Shown: piece by piece, positions 25,886 to 38,900 of the stretch
Position numbering within the stretch: the first letter of the stretch is position 1
How the letters are laid out: each line of letters starts with the position of its first letter
Assembly (NCBI GenBank): GCA_052327205.1
Contig: CM126219.1
Coordinates: 22,940,001-23,004,000, forward strand
DNA: 64,000 bases
Origin: Somniosus microcephalus
Lineage: Eukaryota
Direction: 5' to 3'
Notes under the pieces: generated by a model
Database searches by the model: none
Told to the model about the DNA's origin: nothing
The model's input: the letters and a program-made list of their open reading frames with translations, nothing else
Position numbers and translations under genes: made by a program

Positions 25886-27597
25886 GCGTACAGTCAACCA
25901 CTGTACTGTATACAGTCGTTAACAGTAAAACAAAACTTATACAGTAAAGTAATTAGAGTTATGGATTACCCTCAACTGGCAGTACTGCACTTAATCAAGC
26001 ATCTTCCACCATCTATTTAACACAACATTCTGTAGGTGAGTACCCAATTACTGTATACCAACATTTCTTGATTTTTCTTATTTTTCTTTGTTAGAAATAG
26101 CCTCGGTAAATAACCCTCTCCGTCATCCGGAATTTTTAATCAACCGGCACCATCCCGGTCCAGTCGATGCCGGATACCAAAGAGTTTCCTGTACTTCTAG
26201 AAGAGGTGTTTATTTGAGGGGTGTTTATTTGATAGACCAAAGTGCACAGGGACAGAAAAGGCTGGAACCCCAGAATTGGGAGAGTTTCCTAGCCTTGTAT
26301 GAAGTAGAAATATCTAAAATCAGTGAACTGCATCCGGATTGAAAAACAATTCTAACCCTAAAGGCTTTATTATGGTAGGACTGAGACATCCAGGTTTGTG
26401 TTCTGGTCAAGTCTCCAAAAGCAATGGCATGAAGTGCTGCTGCAGACATTTAGATAAGGCGGTTAGATCAGACAGTACAAAGAAAGCAGTTTCCATTTTA
26501 ACTGCCATAGATATTGGTCTCTTTATCTGAGCTGGAATCAGTCAATGTTCTTTGCCAGATGATGGTGCCAGCTAACTATTTTGGGATTTTTTTCTTCCTG
26601 AGGGTAGCAAATTGATAATCATTTTCTTTTCCTACCATATGGTAACTTCAAAACACAGTGCTGGCAATAACCTGCCTTAAACCAAGTTAAAACAAAAACC
26701 CTCTGGTGTTGTGGCAGGAAAGTCCACATAAGCAGATGGTCGGCACAGAGTCAAAGTTTGAGGTCAAACTGGGACATGACATGGATATTTAATATTTATT
26801 TTCAAAGTTATAAAACCACAATAAATTCAGAGCCCTGACTTGACAGGATGACTTTGTGGGGATGCCAAGTAATTCATCAGTTATGGCAGTTGCCGTAAAA
26901 TTATAAGAAAATTGGTGTAGCCATAAAAAAAAGGTCAATTTCCCACAAATGCCAAGTGCCAGAATGTCTGAAGAAATTAGCTATGGATGCGTGCAACATC
27001 CTTGTATGCCATACACCTAACTAAAATAACAAAATGTTAAAGCGGATTTAAAAAAGCAAACTTTCCTTTTGGAAAAAGATGGTCGCCAAGTAGTTCCCAC
27101 CATCACTGCCTCACTTGATTGGAACGTTAATGCAGCGCAGAAACAGTACCAGATTTGACAATCAAATTGAAGGGTTTTCCAAACAAATTAGGGAAAAGAA
27201 ACATTTGGAAAATGAACAGTGATATGCATATATATTTTTTTTAATGAATTATGTAAACCCCTGCCCACAATGCATACCATCTGTCTGTCAGTCAGATAAG
27301 CTCAAAACTGCAATATCCTCAGACAAAAACTTATTTACATTTTTCCTTCTATAATGTCAAGATGGGAACAGTGAGTTAGTGGACCCTAAAGAATCAAGCG
27401 GTTCCAATGTATCTCTGGATCACAAGACAGATAAGGAAAAGGAACAAGTAAAATGCAGTACCAATCTCTTACCGGGTGGTTTAGCAGCAACTTTTTTTTT
27501 TTTTTTTTTATAAAACAATGTCAGCATCTGAAACCTCCAATTCCTGAACTTATGCAGTATATCTTCAAAGCCGCTCTTTGCTGACCAGCCAAATACA

Positions 27598-29272
27598 ACA
27601 ACTTTCATTTATATTGCACCTTTAATGTAGTAAAACGTCCCAAGGGCACTTCACAGGAGCGATTATCAAACAGAATTGGACACCGAGCCACATGGAGATA
27701 TTAGGACAGATGACCAAAGCTTGGTCAGAGGTAGGTGTTAAAGGAGAGGGGGGAGGGAGGTAGAGGGGTTTAAGGAGTGAGTTCTAGAGTCTAGGCAGCT
27801 TAAGGCATGGGCACCAACGGTGGAGCAAAGTAAATCGGAGATGCGCAAGAGGCCAGAAATGGAGGACGCAGCGATCTGGGAGGGTTGTAGGGCTGGAGGA
27901 GATTAGAGATAGGGAAGAGAGAGGCCATGGAGGGCTTTGAAAACAAGGGTGAGAATTTTAAAATTGAGGTGTTGCTTGACTGGGAGCCAATGTAGGTCAG
28001 CGAGCACATAGGTGCAGCAGGCACCTCAAAGCACTGGAGGTGTACCGCCAACGCTGCCTCCGCAAGATCCTGCAAATCCATTGGCAGGATAGGCGCACCA
28101 ACGTCAGTGTTCTTGCTCAGGCCAACATCCCCAGCATCGAAGCTCTGACCACGCTCAATCAGCTCCGATGGACGGGTCACATTGTCCGCATGCCCGATAC
28201 GAGACTCCCAAAACAAGCGCTTTACTCTCAGCTCCGGCATGGCAAGAGAGCCCCAGGTGGGCAGAGGAAACACTTCAAGGACGCCCTCAAAACCTCCATG
28301 AAAAAGTGTAACATCCCCGACACCTGGGAATCCCTGGCCCAAGACCGCACAAAGTGGAGGAGAAGCATCCGGGAAGGCGCCGAACACAGAGTCTCTTTGC
28401 CGGGAGCAAGCGGAAGCCAAGCGCAGGCAGCACAAGGAGTGCACGTCAACCCAAGCACCCCGCCCACCCGCCCCTCCAACCACCGTCTGCCCCACCTGTG
28501 ACAGAGAAGGTAGGTCCTGCATTGGACTCAGTCACCTGCAAACTCGTTTTTAATGTGGAAGCAAGTCATCCTCAGTTCCGAGGGACTGCCTAAGAAGAAG
28601 ATGGGTGAAAGGGATTTGGTGCGAGTTAGGATATGGGCAGCAGAGTTTTGGAGGAGCTGAAGTTTACGGACAGTGTAAGATGGGAGGCCGTCTAGGAGAG
28701 CATTGAAATAGTTGAGTCTAGAGGTAACAAAGGCATGGAGGGGGGGTTTCAGCAGCAGATGAGCTAACACAGGGTGGAAATGGGTGACAATACAGGAGGT
28801 GGAAATAGGCAATCTTGGTGATGGAGAGGAAATGGGGTCGGAAGCTCAGCTCAGGGTCAAATAGGATGCCGAGGTTGCAAACACTCTGATTCAGCCTCAG
28901 ACAGTGACCAGGGAGAGGGATGGAGTCAGTGGCTGGGGAACAGAGTTTGTGGTGGGACGCAAGGACAATGGCTTCGGTCTTCCCAATATTTAATTGGTGG
29001 AAATTTCTGCACATCCAATACTGGATGTTGGACAAGCAGCGTCACTAATCAGAGGCAGTGGAGGGGGTCAAGAGAGGTGGTGGTGAGGCAGAGCTGGGCG
29101 TCGTCCGTGTACATGTGGAATCAGACGTTGTGTTCTCAGATGGTGTCTGGGAGAAGCAGCAGGCAGATGAAAAAAAATCGGAGGGGGCCAAGGATAGATC
29201 CTTGGGGGGACTCGAGGCAACAGTACAGGAGCAGGAAGAGAAGCCATTGCAGGTGATTCTCTGGCTATGCTT
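27598..29272 (-). mobile_element. L2 LINE 3' portion, split by an RTE insertion
   Basis: [61 protein letters not shown]2 tail at about 27600. Confidence 0.88.
28015..28600 (+). mobile_element. RTE-clade LINE 3' fragment nested in L2
   Basis: QRCLRKILQIHWQDRRTNVSVL...QLRWTGHIVRMPDTRLPKQ...GGQRKHFKD, with an (AAG)n tail. Confidence 0.9.
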
Positions 29273-30049
29273 CATCATAAAGTGAAAATGTTTCTTTTCT
29301 ACAAATACCAATAAACGTTTAACAAGTTATTTACAACTGAAGATGCTCTTGACACCTTAACACTTATTACGCAGTTAGCAATTTCACTTTAAAACCAACA
29401 ACAGTCAAAATTTTATGCAAAATGCCTTTGCACTGGTTAATTCAGCATGCACTGGATTCAAATAGGATTTAAAAATGGTTGTGGCAAGAGTCCATTCCTT
29501 CTCTTTTACACACGACCGAGGATGGTACAGGCTCATAATCTGCTTCCATTCAGGTCATAAAATAGGCAGAAATAACAAAGCAGATAAGGTCAGCAGCCGA
29601 TTTGCTGCTTTTGCAGAAGCTGTAAAATTAGTTCGATTATATTGAAGATTAGCATTTGCAGCTGTCTGTATGCACTGGGACGGAACACACTGTAATTAAA
29701 ATCGACACATCACGGTACATAGATTATAAGCAACAATGGGGTCTCCCAGCAAACAGACAAACATTCTCCCAAATCAATGTGATTGCAAAGCCGAATGTTC
29801 CAAACCAAGGTTCTGATTTGGACCCAAAACCGAGCACTCATCCCACTAAAGAGGCCAAAATAAAATTACTTCAAATTTTCCACATTTAAAAAAAAAATCA
29901 AGATTCTACTGTGCTAAATGCAATTTATCCAATCATTTACGTTTTAATAGAAAAAAAGTGTGGCTTCACAAAACAAAAACCATTTCTGCCATAAAAATGC
30001 ATTTGCCTTCCGACTACATTATGGATACAGCAGAATTAAAATGGGAGAA

Positions 30050-30625
30050 AGGCACAGACACAGACCATTTGGCCCATCAAATGTATCCTGGTGCTTTATT
30101 CCATGAACCACCTAGTCTAATTCCACTCTCTTCCTCATTGTCTGAGCCTTGAATATTCCTTTTTCAAGCAACTATGTAATCCCCTAAGGACTCTGGTTCA
30201 ATAATGGTTTGTGGCACAGAATTATACATTCTAACCACTCTGCAGAGAATTTTTTTTAAGCACCACTTTAATTATCTGAAATTTGTGTCCTCTTATTACC
30301 GTCTCACCAACCAGTGGAAACAAGCCATCACAATTGAGATTATAACCTTCAGGAACTCCAACCCATCAAAATAACTTGGCTCTAGTGGGGCGGGGGGGGA
30401 GAAATCAAATCCCCAACTTCAAGTCTCTCTTCATAACTGCAACCTTTCATCCATGGTAACATTTTAGTAAATCTACACTGCACCTTTTCCATTGCTTTTA
30501 TATGTTTCTTGTAATGGGACAACCAAACCTGACAGTACTCCAATTGTGGCGTAAGGTCTTGGGCAAGTTCAGCACTACCTTCTTCCTTTTGTATTCTAGA
30601 CACAATGGTAACAAAAATCAGCATT
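30050..30625 (-). mobile_element. Old CR1 fragment
   Basis: PQLEYCQVW.SHYKK.IKAMEKVQCRFTKMLP...YEERL. Confidence 0.75.
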
Positions 30626-30737
30626 TTTTGGGAATAAAAGTACTCTCACCCCAAGTGTTAGAAAGGGAAACGCACTTGCTAATTTAGAAATGAAGGAACT
30701 GCTGGCATAACGCCACTCGCTTCAGCGATTACCAGAT

Positions 30738-32199
30738 GGAGGACACCGCTCACTGCATCTACCACCAGGAGGACACCGCTCACTGCATCTACCACCAGGA
30801 AGACATAGCTCACTGCATCTACCACCAGGAAGACATAGCTCACTGCATCTACCACCAGGAAGACACCGCTCACTGCATCTACCACCAGGAGGACACAGCT
30901 CACTGCATCTACCACCAGGAGGACACCGCTCACTGCATCTACCACCAGGAGGACACCGCTCACTGCATCTACCACCAGGAGGACACCGCTCACTGCATCT
31001 ACCACCAGGAGGACACTGCTCACTGCATCTACCACCAGGAGGACACTGCTCACTGCATCTGCCACCAGGAAGACCTAGCTCACTGCATCTACCACCAGGA
31101 GGACACTGCTCACTGCATCTACCACCAGGAAGACCTAGCTCACAGCATCTACCACCAGGAGGACACTGCTCACTGCATCTACCACCAGGAGGACACTGCT
31201 CACTGCATCTACCACCAGGAAGACACCGCTCACTGCATCTACCACCAGGAGGACACCGCTCACTGCATCTACCACCAGGAGGACACTGCTCACTGCATCT
31301 ACCACCAGGAGGACACTGCTCACTGCATCTACCACCAGGAAGACACCGCTCACTGCATCTACCACCAGGAGGACACTGCTCACTGCATCTACCACCAGGA
31401 GGACACTGCTCACTGCATCTACCACCAGGAAGACACCGCTCACTGCATCTACCACCAGGAGGACACCGCTCACTGCATCTACCACCAGGAGGACACTGCT
31501 CACTGCATCTGCCACCAGGAAGACCTAGCTCACTGCATCTACCACCAGGAGGACACTGCTCACTGCATCTACCACCAGGAGGACACTGCTCACTGCATCT
31601 ACCACCAGGAGGACACCGCTCACTGCATCTACCACCAGGAGGACACTGCTCACTGCATCTACCACCAGGAGGACACCGCTCACTGCATCTACCACCAGGA
31701 GGACACCGCTCACTGCATCTACCACCAGGAAGACCTAGCTCACAGCATCTACCACCAGGAGGACACTGCTCACTGCATCTACCACCAGGAGGACACTGCT
31801 CACTGCATCTACCACCAGGAAGACCTAGCTCACTGCATCTACCACCAGGAAGACATAGCTCACTGCATCTACCACCAGGAAGACATAGCTCACTGCATCT
31901 ACCACCAGGAGGACACCGCTCACTGCATCTACCACCAGGAGGACACCGCTCACTGCATCTACCACCAGGAAGACACCGCTCACTGCATCTACCACCAGGA
32001 GGACACCGCTCACTGCATCTACCACCAGGAGGACACAGCTCACTGCATCTACCACCAGGAGGACACCGCGCACTGCATCTACCACCAGGAGGACACCGCT
32101 CACTGCATCTACCACCAGGAGGACACCGCTCACTGCATCTACCACCAGGAGGACATAGCTCACTGCATCTACCACCAGGAAGACACAGCCCACTGCATC
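30738..32199. repeat. 30-bp minisatellite, about 49 copies (GGACACCGCTCACTGCATCTACCACCAGGA)
   Basis: Exact 30-bp period with no indels and a few variant positions, visible directly in the sequence. Confidence 0.98.
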
Positions 32200-33964
32200 G
32201 ATTTCTTAGAACAAAGTAGTGCCCACTGAGCCACGACTGCTTCAGGCTACAGCAGAATGGGTGTTTAGGTTAGCAGAGGGGCAGCAAAATAATTATAGCA
32301 GATGCATTCCTATTGCTTGCAGGCAGAGCTAGCTTTACCAGCTAAGTTTTATTGAAACGCCTTAGAGAAAGGTGTCACAGCTTACAGAACCTGCTGCCCA
32401 TCTCAATAGATGTTTCCATTACTTGGAACTTTAGTTAACACACTGGCCATAATGTCAGGCAGGACAGCAGCAGGGTTGGTATGCATTAGTAGCATACAGC
32501 GACTGTCCTACAAACTGGCAGGGAAGAAAGCCATGCGTCCTCAAATGCTTTTATGGTTACTGGCAAAATGTCAAAAAAGGTGCGTGCATGAGTGAAGGAA
32601 GAGGAGCTCAGAAGCTATAACCTTGGGAATCTTTCCAGATTAGGAAGCAAAAGTCCTCCAGCTGTCACATAGATATCTATTGCAGCAACAATTAACATCT
32701 CCACTCTAATAATCTAATGATGCAGCGTAGTCTTCTATACAACAAATAGAAATGGCATCTAGCTTCTGCAATACTAATGGATGTCAATATTAAAGATCGA
32801 TTTAAAGAGGCGACATTATGTCAATTTAAATTCAGAGAATTTTCTGTGGTAAACATGGTTTAAGATTCAGAGAAGTATGAAGGCAAAGACAATGACAATC
32901 TTTTATTTTGAAAGTAATATTTAAAAAAGATTACTGGCTATATTGTTATTTTTGTCAACAGGGCAAAGTCCAACTTGAACATCTAATCATTGTGCTTAAA
33001 GTTATGGATGTAACAAGTTATTATTAATTGCTACAACAGGTTAAAATGCAGACGTTGCTTTTGAGACCGAGGTGGAGGAAGGTTTTCCCCATTAAGGAGA
33101 CAAAAGCTTGAGCGACTTATGAAATGAGATGAAATTGGGTTCCCTTGGTGCTGCTTCACACTTGAAGTGCCATCTTTATGGTCTCGTTTTGAACACCTCA
33201 ACTGTTTTTAAATAAGCGAATACTGTAGGGGCTCACCCTCAGAAGTTGAGAAAAGTTAGGTCAAAAATATCTGGCTAGTCAAATGATCGGACATTCTAAA
33301 GCCAGTTAAAAACCATGAATGCCCCGATTTATATGTTGTTAGCTACTTCATTGCTTCATTGAAGAAAATTAAACGTACAAATTTTGGTAGGAAAAAGGCA
33401 TCATTTAGACAGCCATTTTAGTAGCAGAGCTTCGCTACATTGCAACTTGATCTCCAAAACGTAGCTAACTCGAGGGTGTACTTTTATATACCATGCTCAA
33501 ACATCATCAGCCACAGGTGCCACGATGAGTGAACCCAGCCGTCTCACCCGCAGATTCTCCCTCCTCGTGTCCATGTGGGACTTTGCCGAGTAGCTTCCCA
33601 ACATCCAAGAGCCAGCTCCCCAATATCTAAGAGAGCGGACAACTTGCAATATAGGGCATTGTAGCAGTGAATATCCTACCACTGTACGGCACAGTAAGCT
33701 GACTGCCAAACCACTCTCTTCCATTGCTTAATTGCAGAGTTTCAGCTGTACAGGCAGTTTGGTCCTTACCGTTCCCTGCACAGTGACATCTAGATAAGTG
33801 ACTCATGCAAGAGCACAGAAAAGAGAAAAATATGCTGATGCTTCTTAGTGGCTCAATATCTATTTGCAGTGCCTTCCAGTCTAACACTACCTTCCAATCC
33901 AACTTCCAAGCTCCTCTAGTCAAGGGACTGCCAGAATCTTTTACTCCACAGAGCTCACTACAAA

Positions 33965-34743
33965 TCTATATATATATATAAAGCGGCTCTTCTGTCTGTC
34001 TGTCCTGATGTCTGTCCCGATGTCTGTCTGTCCGTCCGTTCTCTATACGTTTGAAAGTTAGAGCGTACCGACGCGCGCGTCGCCTCAAAAGAAAGCTTGC
34101 GATTCCGGACCGGTCATAGGCGTATTTATGTTTCGGCCGGACAAAAATCCCGCCCGCGGTATCCCAAAAACTTTCAGCGTTCCGCTCATTAGCATCTCGT
34201 TAACGACCGTGTGACGTCGAGGTCCACCAATCGGATGGCGGGCTCCTTCCTACAGTTGAGTGTCGAGTGACTCGACGATTGACCAATCCTACGCTTCGGT
34301 GACCTGACCGGTCGACCAATCGATGCGTGTGTGGGCGGGCCTTATCCTTCTGAACCGAGGTGAGTGGCCGCCATCTTGATTTTTCACAATTTTTCCCCCC
34401 ACACTTTGTGTGTGTTAGGGAGCTAAGGTAAATATTTTAATGATGTATTAGGGAATTAAATAACAATTTAATAGGGGGGGGGACGAGCCTCGGGAAATCG
34501 CAGGGGGGGGGGGCGCGAGCCTCGGGAAATCGCAGGGGGCTGACGCCGCCCGCCCGCCCACAGCGGCCGTCCATCAGCCGCGCGATATGCGGGGGACCTC
34601 AGCTCCTGACCTCAGGCGCTAGGCAGGGGAAGGGGCGAGACAGGGGAGAGGGGAGGGGACATGACAGGGAGAGGGGGGACACACAGGGGCAGGGAGACCA
34701 AGCGCCCCAAAATTGCCCTCGCAACGCGGGGCTCCCCAGCTAG
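33965..34743 (+). mobile_element. Non-autonomous Helitron (779 bp)
   Basis: Inserted between A (33964) and T (34744) with no TSD. The 5' end TCTATATATA is followed by a (TGTC)n microsatellite. A GC-rich hairpin GCCCTCGCAACGCGGGGC (34715-34732) lies 11 nt before the CTAG terminus. Confidence 0.88.
34205..34380 (+). promoter_or_regulatory. Putative Pol II promoter and first-exon donor inside the Helitron
   Basis: CRE-like TGACGTC at 34212. CCAAT at 34227, 34283 and 34316. GGGCGG at 34333. Donor GAG|GTGAGT at 34359/60. YY1-type GGCCGCCATCTTG at 34366-78. CpG-dense. Confidence 0.55.
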
Positions 34744-35384
34744 TGGCTTTATAAATCCTATGCAACGGGCAATATTACCACCCTTAAAAAGCTGCTGCTT
34801 GGCATGACCTCTTAAGGTCTTTACTAAAAGTATTCATAGAAACACTGGATGCATATTCATTAGCAGACACACACACTGCAATCATGGTGGCAAATGGACT
34901 GCCACATGAAGTTGCAAGCAATTCATCACCTTCCACACTAAATAATTCCTGAACTAAAAGCTTCAAATAAAATGTTATGTATATAACATATTATATAAAT
35001 AAAACTGATGGTATCTGAACCCCAGCAAAAAAACCTCAAATCCTGTTCACATGAAGAGGCTGTGTACTCTGACTTGACAGAGGTTGTGAAAATACACTCA
35101 CACAAACTGAGTTCACATAAAACAGCTGTATTTTTTCATTGGTTTTGGTTTACTCTGTCTGACATACCTGGGGAAAAAAAAATCTTGCTCATGTTTACAC
35201 AGGGTGGCTGAAACCTTGGCCAGTTGAATTGTGACATGCTTTGTGCGGAGGAGTCAGATCCACACTCAGAAACGGATCAAGACAATTACAATACATGCTA
35301 CACCTTTAACCTGTAAAAAAAACTAAACTTTGCTGTCTCTGCTGATCAACACATGCCCTGAGCATTCAAAGACAGTTTAACCCA

Positions 35385-35975
35385 CTGGAGCCCATTGTGT
35401 CTTTGAAAGAACTATCCAATTAGTCCCACTCCCCAGCTCTTTCCTCATAGCCTAGCAAATGTTTTCCTTTTCAAGTATTTATCCAATTCCCTTTTGAAAG
35501 TTATTACTGAATCTGCTTCCACCGCCCTTTCAGGCAGTGCATTCCAGATCATCAGAATTCACTGCGTAAAAAAAAATGTTGCCTCAAGATTTTGCGCACC
35601 TCTATCAAATCTTCCCTTAACCTTCTCTGCTTCAAGGAGCACCGCCCCAGTTTCTCTAGTCCCACCTAACTTAAGTATTTCATCCCTGGTACCATTCAGT
35701 GAATCTCCTCCGCACCCTCTAAGGCCTTGACATCCTTCCTAAAGTGCGGTGCCCAGAATTGGCCACAATACTCCAGCTGGAACCTAACCAGTGTTTTGTA
35801 AAGGTTTAGCATAACTTCCTTGCTTTTGTAGTCTATGCTTCGGTTTATAAAGCCAAGGATTTTTAGCCTTTTTAACAGCCTTCTCGCTTGTCCTGCCACC
35901 TTCTAAGACTTGTGTACGTACCACCCAGGGCTCGCTGTTCCTGCACCCCCCCCCCTTTAAAATTGTACCATTTAT
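35385..35975 (-). mobile_element. CR1 fragment
   Basis: ILGFINRSIDYKSKEVMLNLYKTLVRFQLEYCGQFWAPHFRKDVKALE. Confidence 0.85.
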
Positions 35976-38900
35976 TAGTCTCAAATTAAACTTATTTTAC
36001 AGTTAAAATCTAATTACTACTAAAGAATAGAACATGCAATCTTTTTAAAGATTGCAGACATATGGAATGCATCTTTTGCCATAGTTTAAAAAACTCTGCT
36101 GGGGCATGTCTCACTACTGACTTTAGTTGACACTCCGGTGACACAACAGGAATCCATTAGATGGGATATAAACAATGAAATTATAGGCATTCATTAAAAA
36201 GTTTGTACAATTGAATGACATTAGGTCTCCTGAATCAAGCGCTTTCAAATGAATCAGGAGACAGGGATATTGTTGTCTCGTGCTGGGCTCGAGATCCTTA
36301 TTATGTACTCCTCTCATAATTGTGTGATCTATTCTGAAGCAATTCTGCTTGTGTAGTGGAATTACAAAAAGTGGCAAGCATTAGTCGGAAAGGTCCAGGG
36401 CAGATAATGTTTACTTCCCTGCAGATCACGAAGCAGAACAAAAAAGGCACTTGTGTCAGTCGAGTATATTTTAGACTTCTATGACTCCTGGAATTATGCT
36501 GCAGTCAATGAATCAATCCTGGATTTAGCCCGGGGGGGGGGGGGGGGGGGGGGGGGGAGAAAGAGAAATCCTAGTGTGTTCCTTGGATTAATATACCTTA
36601 GCGATAGTGTGCAGTTCAGTTTCTGTGACGGCATGCAACCAGTTTTGGGGGAAAAAACGAACATATGTACTAAAGAATTAAAGTTCTATGAAAGCAGTAG
36701 ATTTCTCAGAACTTTTGCTGTATAAAAGGTGTGCATCTTGGCTGCCACCAGGATACTTAAAAAAAATAAAAGCCGCTTATATCCCTCACGTCACCAAGAG
36801 TCAATCCTGCATTCGCACAAACTTTATATCATACATATTGGGGGGGAAAAAAATCCACATCCTTCACCCTGAAGCAGACTACCATTTTAAAACTACAGTA
36901 TCCATCTTCCAGCAATGCCTCACTTTTTAAAAATTTGCCCAGTGATTCGTCCAAAGGGGAGATCATTTAAGAAAAAGCCCCATTACACTGATAATTATAG
37001 CTTTATAAAAAGAGAGATCCTTGCAAGGTACTTGTCACACAAAACCCAAGACCTGGATTTACTTTCAATAAAAGTTCAAAACCCCAAAGGGTCCACTGAA
37101 ATTAATCCTGGGCACTGGAGCAACCAGTGCACTGAATTTATCAAGAATTCGCAGCTTTTTAAATGTCTGAAAATTGGATGCTGCAAAACAAGGTTCTGAA
37201 CCTACTTGATTGGACATTGAGCACAAGTAACAGAATTAAGAGGTTTTGATGCTTTTGCCATTAACCAATAAAGTAGGTGGTGGTGTGTCAAATTGCAGGA
37301 TTTACTATTCCAGGTAGTACTTGGTCAGACCGTCTAACAAAACAAAAATCATGATAGTTGTGGGGTGGGGAAAAGAGAAAAAAAACCCAGATTAAGTCCC
37401 TAGTTGCAGCTTTAAATATAAAATGTCAGTAACTTTATACAGACACATACCAATACTTGACTATTAAAACAACCAATTACCAGGACAACCATGATGATTC
37501 ACAGCGGCAGAAAAGGTCACTACATAGAATGATTATGAATCAATGTCCTGCTAAATAAAGGAATCATGATTGTTTGTCCCAATTGTAATACTAGCAGTTT
37601 TACAGCCAATTAACCATAGCAAATCCCAAGTTTAATCTCCTCCAATGTCACCCAGACAATGTATTACATGCTGGCAAAAATTACTGCTTTAACCATCTGT
37701 TGCTTACATAAACTTCTTACTTAACATTGTACTGATCTATACCTCAAAATGGAAGTGCACAATTTGGAAGCCTACAGCAAGAGTAACTGGTCTTATAAAC
37801 AGCCACCTTTTCGATCCAACCATACCATACTTGGATTAGAACAGTCAACAAATCTGGATTAGAACACAATGGAATTAATTCTAGTAGCCAATTTTGCAGA
37901 GCCTGGAGCGGAATCATAAAAATTGCACTGTATATATTTCACTATAAAACCATTTCTCGGTCATCAAACTTTCCTGAAGGAAAAAATAACCATCTAAAAA
38001 CTCTTACCTTCCGAGATAAATTTAGCAATTTTGATTTTGCCTCAACATTGAAGCTTACAGATGCTGTTCAAAGGGCTACCATGAAACACTGGGTTAACAG
38101 TCAAGGTAATCCTAGTGGTTCCAATACAAAAGACAAGAGACACTCATTTTTTACAACAGCCGTTGAAACAACCTTCAAAAATCCAAAAACTTACTGCGGA
38201 CACCAGCGTGAGCAGGAACACAACCCACTGGATTAAATGACTATCTTCTTGCCATGTTCCAGGCTTATATCGGACTTGATACAATTCTCCCAACGCAAGC
38301 AGAACTTACACTTTAGTGAGAAGTACAGCCAACTATCTTCAAACAACCGCAGAGACTAAAACAGTTCAGCAACAGCAATAATTGTTGCATTAAAGTCATT
38401 TTAGAGGACTGATGACTGGGTTAAGTACGATACATCTCATGGAATGTTAAACACATGTTCAGGAAAACCCACCAAGCAAGAGTAGTGACTGCAGTCTCCG
38501 AAATAGTAACACTGGGCTCTAATGAATAAGCTCTCTGATACTGGGAGGTGCCAGTGCAATTGGGTGTGGGTGGATTTCCTGCAAAAATCACTGATGTGAA
38601 GAGACATTTCCCACCCCCCCCCCCACCCCAAGAGTGGTTTTCCAGCAATAGTATGTCATCTATTAATCAATCAAGCAACTGGTTTTGGTTTCCTCTGCAC
38701 AGATGAATCCATTTCTGTGCAGGGAAGACGTAGTTCTGGACATAGGGGCCATTGCCATTGTAAGATCAGTCAAACTGGTGAAAGCAAACAGAGATTTGTA
38801 ATATATTTCTGGAGTCTACTAAAAGCACGCTTACAATTTAAGCTGAAACTCAATTCTAGTTGTGTGCTACAGTGCATTCTTCTAAAAAAAATATACTTGT

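Larger units (their letters stand above)
23524..26191 (+). mobile_element. Tigger/pogo DNA transposon, full length, with JRK-like transposase
   Basis: TA TSDs at 23522-23 and 26192-93. TIR CAGGAAACTCT is perfect over 11 bp and imperfect over about 26 bp. Contains a transposase remnant. Confidence 0.93.

Noticed and set aside
30738-32199. Regular 30-bp repeats resembling a CRISPR array
   Set aside because: The units are head to tail with no unique spacers, there are no cas genes, and the context is vertebrate.
33990-34740. CpG island as the native ATP2B4 promoter
   Set aside because: The CpG-rich tract is bounded exactly by Helitron termini, and its donor site points away from ATP2B4.
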